Shown here piece after piece: positions 17,856-26,141 of a stretch of 56,716 nt of DNA; position 1 is the first letter of the stretch, and every line of letters begins with the position of its first letter. Origin of the DNA: an uncultured Halobacteriales archaeon (GTDB taxonomy: Archaea > Thermoplasmatota > E2 > JACPAO01). The stretch covers positions 1 through 56,716 of the forward strand of contig CAYOZB010000002.1 in NCBI GenBank assembly GCA_964408365.1. The letters are read 5' to 3'. Made by a program: the position numbers and the translations under genes. Below the pieces are notes generated by a model. The model searched no databases. It was not told the origin of the DNA and saw nothing but the letters and a program-made list of their open reading frames with translations.

Positions 17856-18731
17856 ATGCGGGCACTGGCATTAATGGTGGTATTGGGCGTCGTATTCTCG
17901 GGCTGCGTCGCCAGCGACGCATCAGGTGACCCGAAAGCGGACTCCGTCGACCCGTCCGTCGTCGCACCGCCGAGTGACACCGAAGGCCAGATCCGCGGCA
18001 CCATCACCGACGATTCCCTCGCCCCGATCGCGGGAGCCCAGATCGGAATCCTCAACTCCGACCCACAAGTCGTCGTCTCGACCAACGCCGCCGGCCAATT
18101 CGCGATGGTGGGCCTCCTCCCGGGCACCTACGCGGTCGCAGCCCAATCCCTCGGTCACGAGAGCGCAACCCGCTCCGTCGAGGTTGCAGCCGGAGAAGCC
18201 ACCGAGGTCAACTTTGTACTCACCCCGGTCGCCATCGCCAGCGAAGCCCGCTACCAGACACTCATCGGGGAGGGGTACTTCGCCTGCGGCGCATACCTCG
18301 TCGTCACTTCGTGGGGCAACCTCCACGCGTGCGTCTTCGACGAACACAAACCTCGCTTCGTCTTCGAAGTCGACCGGACGGATCTGAAAGGAATCATGCA
18401 GGAAGTCGTCTGGACACAATCCTCCGGCCTGACCTCGCAGGAACTCGCGGTCCGCCTCCAGTACGGCGAACCCGTCTGCGATCCCTTCTGCTCTGAGGCC
18501 GACATGTACGCCGACGAAACCGGCTCCAGCCCCGTCCGCATCTACACGGACATGGACGGCGAGCTCGATGACAAGGGCGATGCCGCCGTTCACAAGCTCT
18601 CCTCGCTCACTTTCCCTGATGGCGACGAGACCCCAGTCCTGGTCTTCCAACAACGCATGACCCACTACGTGACCATGTTCTGGGGCGAAAAAAGCAACCT
18701 CGAAGACTTCTCGGCCATGCCGGACGCGTAA
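17856..18731 (+). CDS. secreted lipoprotein, CarboxypepD_reg-like domain plus PDA-tail domain (family member B)
   Basis: ATG at 17856 gives MRALALMVVLGVVFSGC (lipobox). GQIRGTITDDSLAPIAGAQIGIL...AAGQFAMVGLLPGTYAVAAQSLGH. Ends ...THYVTMFWGEKSNLEDFSAMPDA-stop. TAAATA box at 17821-17826. Confidence 0.7.
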   Translation: MRALALMVVLGVVFSGCVASDASGDPKADSVDPSVVAPPSDTEGQIRGTITDDSLAPIAGAQIGILNSDPQVVVSTNAAGQFAMVGLLPGTYAVAAQSLGHESATRSVEVAAGEATEVNFVLTPVAIASEARYQTLIGEGYFACGAYLVVTSWGNLHACVFDEHKPRFVFEVDRTDLKGIMQEVVWTQSSGLTSQELAVRLQYGEPVCDPFCSEADMYADETGSSPVRIYTDMDGELDDKGDAAVHKLSSLTFPDGDETPVLVFQQRMTHYVTMFWGEKSNLEDFSAMPDA

Positions 18732-18786
18732 ACCGCGGAATTAGTCGTAGACCAACCACGACCGATGCGAAGTTTCGGGCGTCGAC

Positions 18787-19251
18787 TCACTCGATGATGT
18801 TGCCCGCGACGTCCCGCACTTCCCGGCCACAATAGGCGCAGCGAAGGATCGGCGGATCCGGCTTCACGACCGCGAACCGGCTCTGGATCGGCTCCGACGA
18901 GTTAGTGATGCAACTCGGGTTCTCGCAGCGGACCAGGCCCACGACTTCTTTGGGAAGCTGGACGACCTGCTTCTTGTAGACCTCGAAGTTGCGGATGATG
19001 TTGATCGTCGCGCGTGGCGAGATCAATGCGATCTTGTTGACTTCCTTCGGATCGATCTCACGGTCTTCGATCTTCACGACGTCCTTCTGGGCGCCGTTCT
19101 TTCGTGTCGTCACGTTGATGGCGACGCTGATCACGGAGCGGGTTCCCTCCGTGGGCAAACCCATGATGCGCAGCACCTTGAGCGCGGCGCCCGGGGAGAT
19201 GTGGTCGATGACGGTGCCGTTCTTGATCGGCTGGACCTTGAGTTCCTTCAA
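18787..19251 (-). CDS. pyrI: aspartate carbamoyltransferase regulatory subunit
   Basis: 154 aa. LKVQPIKNGTVIDHI. Zn-site cysteines CENPSCITN ... RCAYCGRE. 4-nt overlap with pyrB. Confidence 0.9.
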   Translation of the reverse strand: MKELKVQPIKNGTVIDHISPGAALKVLRIMGLPTEGTRSVISVAINVTTRKNGAQKDVVKIEDREIDPKEVNKIALISPRATINIIRNFEVYKKQVVQLPKEVVGLVRCENPSCITNSSEPIQSRFAVVKPDPPILRCAYCGREVRDVAGNIIE

Positions 19252-20180
19252 ATCTTCCCCTCCAAGACCGCGCGAAGGATCGCCATGCGCACGGGCACCC
19301 CGTTGGCGGCCTGTTGGAAATACCGCGCGTTCGGGCTCTTGTCGACCTCAGGGTGGATCTCATCCACGCGCGGCAAGGGATGCATGACGATGAGGTTCTT
19401 CTTGCCCTTCGTGAGCAACTGGTTCGTGATCCGGTACGTGCCCGCGACTTTGCGGTACTCCTCCGGGTCACCGAACCGCTCCGCCTGGATCCGGGTCACG
19501 TAGAGCACGTCGGCCTCTTCGAGGGCTTGGCCGAGGTCGCTTGTCACGTCGACGGTGGCGCCTCGTGCGCGGCACTCATCGAGCACTTCTTTCGGCATCG
19601 GAAGGCTGCTCGGCGCGACGAGGACGATGCGGCTCTTGTACTGCGCCAACGCCACGGCCAGAGAGTGGACGGTGCGGCCGAACTTGAGGTCGCCGCAGAG
19701 GACGATGGTGTTGCCGTCGATCCGTTTCTTCTCTTGTTGGATCGTGAATAGGTCGAGCAAGGTCTGGGTGGGGTGTTCGCCGGCTCCGTCCCCCGCGTTG
19801 ATCACGGGGTGGCTGGCGTACTCGGCCGCGAGGCGTGCCGCGCCTTCTTTCGGATGGCGCAGGACGATGACGTCGGCCAACCCGTCGGCGATGCGGATCG
19901 TGTCCGCCAAGGTCTCGCCTTTCTTGGAGCTGGAGGCAAGGGGGTCGCTGAACCCGACGGCGGCGCCGCCCATGCGTTGCATGGCGACCTCGAAACTCAA
20001 CCGTGTGCGGGTGGAGGGTTCGTAGAACAGCGTGCAGAGGACCCGGCCCTCGAGGTCGGTGTTCTTCTTTTTCCCTTGGACGATCGGGACCATCCTCTCC
20101 GCCGACGCGAGCAACGCATCGATCTCGGAGCGGTCAAAGTCGCGGATCGACACGACGTTGCGGCCGGCCCAGTCCCCCAT
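19248..20180 (-). CDS. pyrB: aspartate carbamoyltransferase catalytic subunit
   Basis: EPSTRTRLSFE, GEHPTQ, HPLPRV motifs. 310 aa. Confidence 0.95.
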   Translation of the reverse strand: MGDWAGRNVVSIRDFDRSEIDALLASAERMVPIVQGKKKNTDLEGRVLCTLFYEPSTRTRLSFEVAMQRMGGAAVGFSDPLASSSKKGETLADTIRIADGLADVIVLRHPKEGAARLAAEYASHPVINAGDGAGEHPTQTLLDLFTIQQEKKRIDGNTIVLCGDLKFGRTVHSLAVALAQYKSRIVLVAPSSLPMPKEVLDECRARGATVDVTSDLGQALEEADVLYVTRIQAERFGDPEEYRKVAGTYRITNQLLTKGKKNLIVMHPLPRVDEIHPEVDKSPNARYFQQAANGVPVRMAILRAVLEGKI

Positions 20181-20275
20181 CGCGCGGCTCGATGAAGGGG
20201 CGGCTTTTCAACGTTTCCGAGCAGAAAGCGGGCCGTTGGGTACTCCGCCTCATCGCAAGCGGCTAATGCGGTTGC

Positions 20276-21640
20276 TTAGGGTTCCATCGCGCCGCTCAGC
20301 ACGGCCGACGGCGGCGCGGCGGATTCGCCCAGCGGGGGGAATTTTTTCTCCAACGATTTCAGCCAGGCGGGCGTGATGAGAGTCGTGAGGAGCACGACGA
20401 GGATGATCGTCGTGTATTGCCAGTTCGTCACGAGGCCGTGGTCGAGACCGAAGAGGGCGAAGATGAGGCCGACCTCGCCGCGGGGCACCATACCCACGCC
20501 GACGACGAACCGGTTTGCCTTGACGCCGACGACGCCGAAGCCGCACAGCAGTTTCGCGATGATCGCGATGATTGTGAGGCCGACGCCGATGCCGACCACG
20601 AGCAATGCGGTGTCTCCCGTGATCTGGCTCAGGTCGACGCGGGTCCCGAGGACGACGAAGAAGAATCCGACGAAGATGCTCCCGATCGGTTTGAGGTTCT
20701 CGAAGATGATGTGCCGATGCGTGCTGCCGCTTAGCGCCAATCCGGCGGCGAAGGCGCCGACGATGCTCGCAAGGCCGACGACGGTGGCGAGGTAGGCGAC
20801 GAGGATCATGAACGCCATCGCGAATCCGAGGTGGATGAATTCGGAGTGGAGCTTGCGGTGGATCACGTCGATCAATCGCGGAGCGAACAGTCGGCCGAGG
20901 ATGATGGCGAGGAAGAAGAACCCGAGGCTCACGACGAACACCTTCCCGACGCCGAGCGCCGTGAGGCTTCCGGGATCCGTGAGGAGTCCCCCTACGATTG
21001 CGAGGACGATGAGCCCCAACACGTCATCGAAGACCGCGGCGCCCAGGATAATTTGGGCCTCCGGGGTGCGGATCTTTTGAAGATCCCCCAGGACGCGCGC
21101 CGTGATGCCGACGCTTGTGGCCGTGAGCGTGGCCCCGATGAAGACGTGCAACATGTTCGGGGCGGCCACCGCGTTCTCCGTGATCACCCAGGAAATCTGC
21201 TTCGCGATGAGCCAACTGGCGGCGGCTCCGAAGATCAGGCTGAAAACGACCCCAAAGGTGCCAACGACGACGGCGCTTGCACCGACACGTTTCAGTTCCT
21301 GGAGGTTGGATTCGAGTCCGACCTCGAAGAGAAGGATGAGCACGCCGATCTCGGCGAGGATCGCCAGGACGTGGAGTTCTTGAGCGGCACCAAAGTCGGA
21401 TGCGGTCGGGGCGGTTCCGCCTTGGCCGCCGAAAAAGGCCTCGACGCCATGGAGGATATCGAAGCTCGGGACGAGATTCAGAAGGGTGGGTCCCAGGATG
21501 ATTCCGACGAGAATCTCACCGACCACGGGCGGCTGTCGGACCCGACGGGCCAATTCTCCTCCGATCTTGGCGCCGATGATGATCAGGGCGATGACAAGAA
21601 GAAGAGATTCCGCGCCGCCCGCCACGGTTGCGCCGTACAA
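20276..21640 (-). CDS. monovalent cation:proton antiporter (CPA2/Kef-type Na_H exchanger fold)
   Basis: 454 aa with ~12 hydrophobic spans. GEILVGIILGP, LLFEVGLE and GMVPRGEVGLIFA are typical of CPA2 transporters. TTG start. Confidence 0.8.
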   Translation of the reverse strand: MYGATVAGGAESLLLVIALIIIGAKIGGELARRVRQPPVVGEILVGIILGPTLLNLVPSFDILHGVEAFFGGQGGTAPTASDFGAAQELHVLAILAEIGVLILLFEVGLESNLQELKRVGASAVVVGTFGVVFSLIFGAAASWLIAKQISWVITENAVAAPNMLHVFIGATLTATSVGITARVLGDLQKIRTPEAQIILGAAVFDDVLGLIVLAIVGGLLTDPGSLTALGVGKVFVVSLGFFFLAIILGRLFAPRLIDVIHRKLHSEFIHLGFAMAFMILVAYLATVVGLASIVGAFAAGLALSGSTHRHIIFENLKPIGSIFVGFFFVVLGTRVDLSQITGDTALLVVGIGVGLTIIAIIAKLLCGFGVVGVKANRFVVGVGMVPRGEVGLIFALFGLDHGLVTNWQYTTIILVVLLTTLITPAWLKSLEKKFPPLGESAAPPSAVLSGAMEP

Positions 21641-21733
21641 GCCGGTTCGTTAAAGTGGTTTCGAGCCGGCACGATTATAGGCCGAGGACGACCAGTAACT
21701 GTTGATGATGAAGAAGGACCCGGAAATCGACGA

Positions 21734-22260
21734 TCATCCGCTTCTTTCGGAGGCCGAGATGAAGTTCATCAAGCGTTGGGCCCCGATCGTGGCCAAAGCC
21801 GGCGACTGACCCCCGACCATCTCGCTTACCCATTGGCGCGTGATTTCTTTGTGCCGAGGTGCAAGTCGCGCCTGCGCATACCCAGGCTCACCTCGGCGCC
21901 GGATCAGGGCTTGGCTTCGGTCGATCCAGACGTCGAGTTCTTTCGGGAAATCCTTCACCGTAGCCGCCGGAAGCCTGCGCCCGCATAGTCGACGAAGGAT
22001 TGCGCAAACAGGGTCGTGGTGCGGTGATTTCCGTTTCCGAGACACTGGCCCCAGACCAGACGATCGACCATTTCCGCCAGAAACGCCAACCCGGTTTCCT
22101 GGGATCGCCATAGGGCGTCGAAGACGCCTCGTAGACAATCGGGCTCCGTGGTCTTGTTCATCTCAAGCGGCCGGCCTGTCGCAGGGACGTGGGCGGCTTT
22201 GATGGCCTCAAAGTACGCCAAGGACTTGGCAACCGCTCTCGCCGTCGACGAAGCGTCCAC
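21734..22260 (-). pseudogene. possible Fic/Doc-like gene split over two overlapping frames
   Basis: ORF 21955-22260 carries a degenerate Fic-like core GQCLGNGNHRTTTLFAQSF and stops after ...DYAGAGFRRLR. A second frame (21734-22138) reads on as ...LPAATVKDFPKELDVWIDRSQALI... to 21734. By-eye call only. Confidence 0.25.
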
Positions 22261-22311
22261 GCGCCGCCTATCCGGCGGCCTGCTTGAACCGGTTTCCTCG
22301 CAGGTGCGCGT

Positions 22312-22788
22312 TTACTTGATGCGCGCGTCGTACTCGCCGGCGCTGACCTTCTTCTGCGCGGCGCGGGGGTCCATGCCTTCGACGGTGACTCCCATCGAGA
22401 CGCAGGTTCCCATGATCTCTTTGACGCGCATCTTGAGGTCCTTGCCGAGGAGGCTTCCTTCCTTCTGCTTGGCGACGAGGACGGCTTGTTCGATCGAGAT
22501 GTTTCCGACCTTGTTCGTGTTCGGCGTGCCGGAGCCTTTCTCGATGTTGAGCTGCTTGAGGATCAACGCGGACGCGGGCGGGGTTCCGACGATGATGTCG
22601 AACTTCTTGGTCGTGGGATCCACGATGACCTGGACGGGCACTTTCATGCCTTCGAAGACCCTGGTCTTGTCGTTGATCGCGTTGATCACTTGCATGATGT
22701 TGACGCCGAGCGGACCCAGGGCCGGGCCGAGGGGCGGGCCTGCGCTTGCTTTTCCACCGTCAACGAGGGCATCGACTTTTTCGGGCAT
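22312..22788 (-). CDS. rpl11: 50S ribosomal protein L11 (uL11)
   Basis: ATG at 22788 (MPEKVDALVDGGKASAGPPLGPALGPLGVNI). An upstream in-frame start at 22815 is possible. Confidence 0.9.
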   Translation of the reverse strand: MPEKVDALVDGGKASAGPPLGPALGPLGVNIMQVINAINDKTRVFEGMKVPVQVIVDPTTKKFDIIVGTPPASALILKQLNIEKGSGTPNTNKVGNISIEQAVLVAKQKEGSLLGKDLKMRVKEIMGTCVSMGVTVEGMDPRAAQKKVSAGEYDARIK

Positions 22789-22916
22789 TGGTTTCACAGT
22801 CCCTTCCGACCCCACGCCAACGGGCGCCTGGTTGGTCCATGGTCTGGACCGGGGATGGAAGGAATCGCGGGGACGCGGGTCCCCGCTATAAGGTTGACGA
22901 CGAGCCGTGTGGCGGA

Positions 22917-23786
22917 TTAGATGACTTCGATCGTCCGGAGGCCGCCCGTGCTCGTGGAGTTGTCTTGGACGAAGTAGTCGACGCCGTCGACGGTCAACGT
23001 GAAGACGAGGAGGTATTCGCCGCGTGCGCTGGGCAGGGTCTTCGTGCCGGCCGAGTATTGGATGGCGGAGCCGTCCGCGCTGCCGGTCGCTGGGAAGGGG
23101 CCCATGGCGATGGTGCCATCGGGGCGGTAGAGGGTGAACGTTGCTGGGGTCCCCGTTTCGATGTCGATGTCCGCGCTGACGCTGCGGGCACTGATGAGGA
23201 CGTCCGTGCCGGCGGGGTACTTCGGGACCGGGTCGCCAGCGGCGCCCGTGGCGGTGGAGACGACGTTGGAGACGCCGACGCCGGCTCCTGCGACGCTCTG
23301 GTAGGCGTAGGTGCTGCCGCGGACGCTGCCGTCGGGCACGGGCAACCCGACCGTGGCGATGGCGACGGGTGCGAAGGCCGCGATCGTGAGGTTGGCGAGA
23401 GTGGCGTTCACGCCGTCGGTCACGTTGAGGCGGACGGTGAAGTTGCCTTCGGTCTCGAAGGTGAAGTTGACGGAGGAGGGCAATTCGGTGCCGTTGAAGG
23501 CCGTGAGGTTGTCGCCGATGCCGAGCGTCCAGGTGAGGTTGTCGCCGTCGACGTCGGTGCCGTTGAGGCTGAACGTGACGTTGAATGGGATGCTGCCGTT
23601 GAGGGCCGACGCGTTGAGCGTGGCGGTCGGGGGCGTGTTCGGTGCCGGGGCAACGGTCTCGTTGGCGGCCTCGGCCGGGCTCGGTGTCGGCGTTTCGCTG
23701 ACGGCGGTTTCAGACGCCGGTTGGCCGAGGCATCCGCCCAGCATTACGATCAACAATGCGCTTGCGACGAGTTTGGCAACCACCAT
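22917..23786 (-). CDS. lipoprotein with PKD domain, extremely rich in N-glycosylation sequons
   Basis: ATG at 23786 gives MVVAKLVASALLIVMLGGC (lipobox). PKD-like IPFNVTFSLNGTDVDGDNLTWTLGIGD...GNFTVRLNVTDG. 14 N-x-S/T sequons. Confidence 0.7.
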   Translation of the reverse strand: MVVAKLVASALLIVMLGGCLGQPASETAVSETPTPSPAEAANETVAPAPNTPPTATLNASALNGSIPFNVTFSLNGTDVDGDNLTWTLGIGDNLTAFNGTELPSSVNFTFETEGNFTVRLNVTDGVNATLANLTIAAFAPVAIATVGLPVPDGSVRGSTYAYQSVAGAGVGVSNVVSTATGAAGDPVPKYPAGTDVLISARSVSADIDIETGTPATFTLYRPDGTIAMGPFPATGSADGSAIQYSAGTKTLPSARGEYLLVFTLTVDGVDYFVQDNSTSTGGLRTIEVI

Positions 23787-23820
23787 GCACGACCCTAGCT
23801 GGTCGGGTGTTGTCGGGGCC

Positions 23821-23991
23821 TTATGAGCGTTGTCGTGTTTTCTCCGCTGGGGTCGGGTCGGTGGCGCCGACGTGTTCCTCGATGACACGGGCGGGGACGC
23901 CGAGCCGGTACAATGTGATGCGCATCAGGGCGCGTTCGTTGTTGCCGTCGTAATCAAGGATGACCTTGCGGGGACGTCCGTGGAATTCCAT
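23821..23991 (-). CDS. small ORF (56 aa), below the ORF-track cutoff
   Basis: ATG at 23991, TAA at 23821. MEFHGRPRKVILDYDGNNERALMRITLYRLGVPARVIEEHVGATDPTPAEKTRQRS. Third positions mostly G/C like neighbouring genes. Fills the Kelch/PKD gene gap. Confidence 0.3.
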   Translation of the reverse strand: MEFHGRPRKVILDYDGNNERALMRITLYRLGVPARVIEEHVGATDPTPAEKTRQRS

Positions 23992-24062
23992 ACGGACGGT
24001 CCTTCGCGATGCCCGTACTTAGGCCCACGGCGGAACGGAGAGGTCCGAATAGGTCGCCCCGG

Positions 24063-25058
24063 CTACTTGGGCTGCAGGGCTTCGAGGGACACGGACGTCT
24101 GCTGGCCCGGCAAGCCGCCCGGCTCGTGGCCACCGGTCACCAGGTACACGACGCCTTCCCAGGCCGCGGCGCCGAACCCATGCCTAGGTTTGGACAGGGG
24201 CTCCAGGATGGCCCACGTGTCGGTCTTGGGATCGTAGGCTTCCACATCGTCGAACACATCGGTCGCGTTCTGGCCGCCGACGACAAGGACGTGTCCGCGG
24301 AACGGCAATGCGACGTTGGAGCCGCGCAAGGTGGGGACCTCGGCGAGCGTCTTCCAGGTCTTCGTGGCGGGATCGTACATTTCGTTCGCTTGCGTGTTGC
24401 TGCCGTGCCCGCCGATGTCGCCTGCCATCAGGTAGATCTTGCCGTCGACCGCCGCGGCCCCCGTGTGGTCGCGTTGGGTGGGCGGACCGGGTTCGACGCT
24501 CCACGTGTTCGTCGCGGTGTCAAAGACGTGTGTATCCGTGGTGTGCTGTCCGACCGCGAAGTATCCACCGACGAGGTAGACCTTCGGACCGATGGCGACC
24601 GCGGCGTGCGCGGCACGAGGCGTCGGCATCACGGGCAACGGCGTCCAACGTCCGACCATGGGGTCGAGGACGAAGCCGAGGTTGGTGGCCGCGACGCCAC
24701 TAAGGCCGCCGAACCCGTACACTTTCGCGCCGACGCCGACGACGGTGAGATGGTTCGATGGGATCGGGTACTCGGGGCCGCGTGTCCACTTGTCCGTCGC
24801 AATGTCGTACACTTCCACCAGGGTGACCTCGGTGGTCTCGTTGTTCATGCCGCCGACGGAGTAGAGTTTGCCCGCGGCGATCCCGGCTGCGTTCTCGGTC
24901 CGGTACGTGGGAGCGGGGGAAAGTTCGGTCCAATCCGCGTCCGGCCAAAGGTCCTCGAACGCTTCGCCTGCGGGGAGTTCGTTCGTCGGGACCGGGTCCG
25001 CGGCCTCGGACAGGCAGCCTGCAAGCAACACGAGGAGGATGAGTGGAAGCGTGCGCAT
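24063..25058 (-). CDS. Kelch-repeat beta-propeller lipoprotein
   Basis: ATG at 25058 gives MRTLPLILLVLLAGC (lipobox). Six repeats with GKLYSVGG, KVYGFGG, KVYLVGG, GKIYLMAG, GHVLVVGG, GVVYLVTGG. Confidence 0.75.
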   Translation of the reverse strand: MRTLPLILLVLLAGCLSEAADPVPTNELPAGEAFEDLWPDADWTELSPAPTYRTENAAGIAAGKLYSVGGMNNETTEVTLVEVYDIATDKWTRGPEYPIPSNHLTVVGVGAKVYGFGGLSGVAATNLGFVLDPMVGRWTPLPVMPTPRAAHAAVAIGPKVYLVGGYFAVGQHTTDTHVFDTATNTWSVEPGPPTQRDHTGAAAVDGKIYLMAGDIGGHGSNTQANEMYDPATKTWKTLAEVPTLRGSNVALPFRGHVLVVGGQNATDVFDDVEAYDPKTDTWAILEPLSKPRHGFGAAAWEGVVYLVTGGHEPGGLPGQQTSVSLEALQPK

Positions 25059-25069
25059 GTGGGTTGACC

Positions 25070-26017
25070 TCAGTGCGTCCACGTCGTGTCGAGAAGCACA
25101 TCGGGCGCGGGACCGATCGTCATTGTGCGATCAAACGTCTGGAACAACACCGCGGCGCCCGTGTAGCCGTAATGTTCGACGCCGGGGACATTCACGCCCT
25201 CAGCAACGGGTTGATCCTTCGTGTGTGCAAACGCGCGGGCGTTCTCGTTGACGACCCAGTGCTCCGCCGGAGCCGTGACCGTGTGCGTAAAGTCCAGGGA
25301 ACGCGGCCGGAACTTTTCTTCCTCGCCTTGCGACTCGTGACCGTGGTCTTCCATGGTGCTTACGGGGAACCAGAACCGTGTGTCCGAAAGTTCCAACGCG
25401 CGATATTCCTTGAGCCCAGCGAAGGTCTCGAATTTTCCGTGGCTCGTGTCCTGCATCACAGTGTGGATCACGTCGCTGCCGCCGACCCATTCGATGGTGG
25501 CGCCGATCGTGTGCGACACGTGGAAGCCAGGGCCCTTGGTGAGGATCTCCTCGATGTCAGGATCGTTGAACGATAGGTCCGCGAGGATGAATTGCCGCGT
25601 CACGGTGCCATCGTCCCAAGGCGGCGGCTTCACTTTGACGCCGACCCAGCCCCACATGAGCGTCGTCTTTGCGCCTTCGTAATCGTACGTGTCGCAGATC
25701 ACGGACATGTGCCAGATGCCGGTCGCGGGTCCGGTGATCGGATTTCCGTAAGAACCGAAGAACGGGTTGCCCATGTCGTCGCGGATGTCCTCGGCCTCCC
25801 AAGGCTCCGGGACCATCGGATTATCGGCGATGTTGTACATGGAAACAGAGCCGGCTTCGACGCATTTTCCCATCCCGACCGTGAAGCCTGCAAGGTCGAT
25901 GTGATCCATCGCCTGCTCGGCCAACGCTTCGGGATCGATCGGCAGGTTGTCGAGACAGCCAGCAAACACGCCCGCGACGAAAATGGAAACGACGGTCAGC
26001 GCCGGAAATCGACGCAT
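25070..26017 (-). CDS. lipoprotein, no recognised domain (possible CxE-family member)
   Basis: ATG at 26017 gives MRRFPALTVVSIFVAGVFAGC (lipobox). 315 aa. 11-nt gap to the Kelch gene. Confidence 0.55.
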   Translation of the reverse strand: MRRFPALTVVSIFVAGVFAGCLDNLPIDPEALAEQAMDHIDLAGFTVGMGKCVEAGSVSMYNIADNPMVPEPWEAEDIRDDMGNPFFGSYGNPITGPATGIWHMSVICDTYDYEGAKTTLMWGWVGVKVKPPPWDDGTVTRQFILADLSFNDPDIEEILTKGPGFHVSHTIGATIEWVGGSDVIHTVMQDTSHGKFETFAGLKEYRALELSDTRFWFPVSTMEDHGHESQGEEEKFRPRSLDFTHTVTAPAEHWVVNENARAFAHTKDQPVAEGVNVPGVEHYGYTGAAVLFQTFDRTMTIGPAPDVLLDTTWTH

Positions 26018-26141
26018 GGAATCACCTAACTGCGCAACCATATGCCCCCTCAAACAGCTTCCGCTATGCCGTATTTACCGCGGAGGGCGGGCGTCGAAAC
26101 GCGTAACTAGCGCTCGTCGGATTCAACCCGCGGGGTCTACG

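Noticed and set aside
21705-21809. 34-codon plus-strand ORF (MMKKDPEIDDHPLLSEAEMKFIKRWAPIVAKAGD) upstream of the Fic-like region.
   Set aside because: It is too short, has no motif, and overlaps the 3' part of the minus-strand reading frame. Coding potential cannot be separated from the GC3 background by eye.
22867-22886. GC-rich hairpins just downstream of genes: GCGGGGAC-GCGG-GTCCCCGC after the PKD lipoprotein gene, and GCGCCG-12nt-CGGCGC at 33447-33470 after the PGF-CTERM gene. I considered both as transcription terminators.
   Set aside because: Neither is followed by the oligo-T tract typical of archaeal terminators. Stems of this size are frequent in GC-rich sequence, so I did not annotate them as features.
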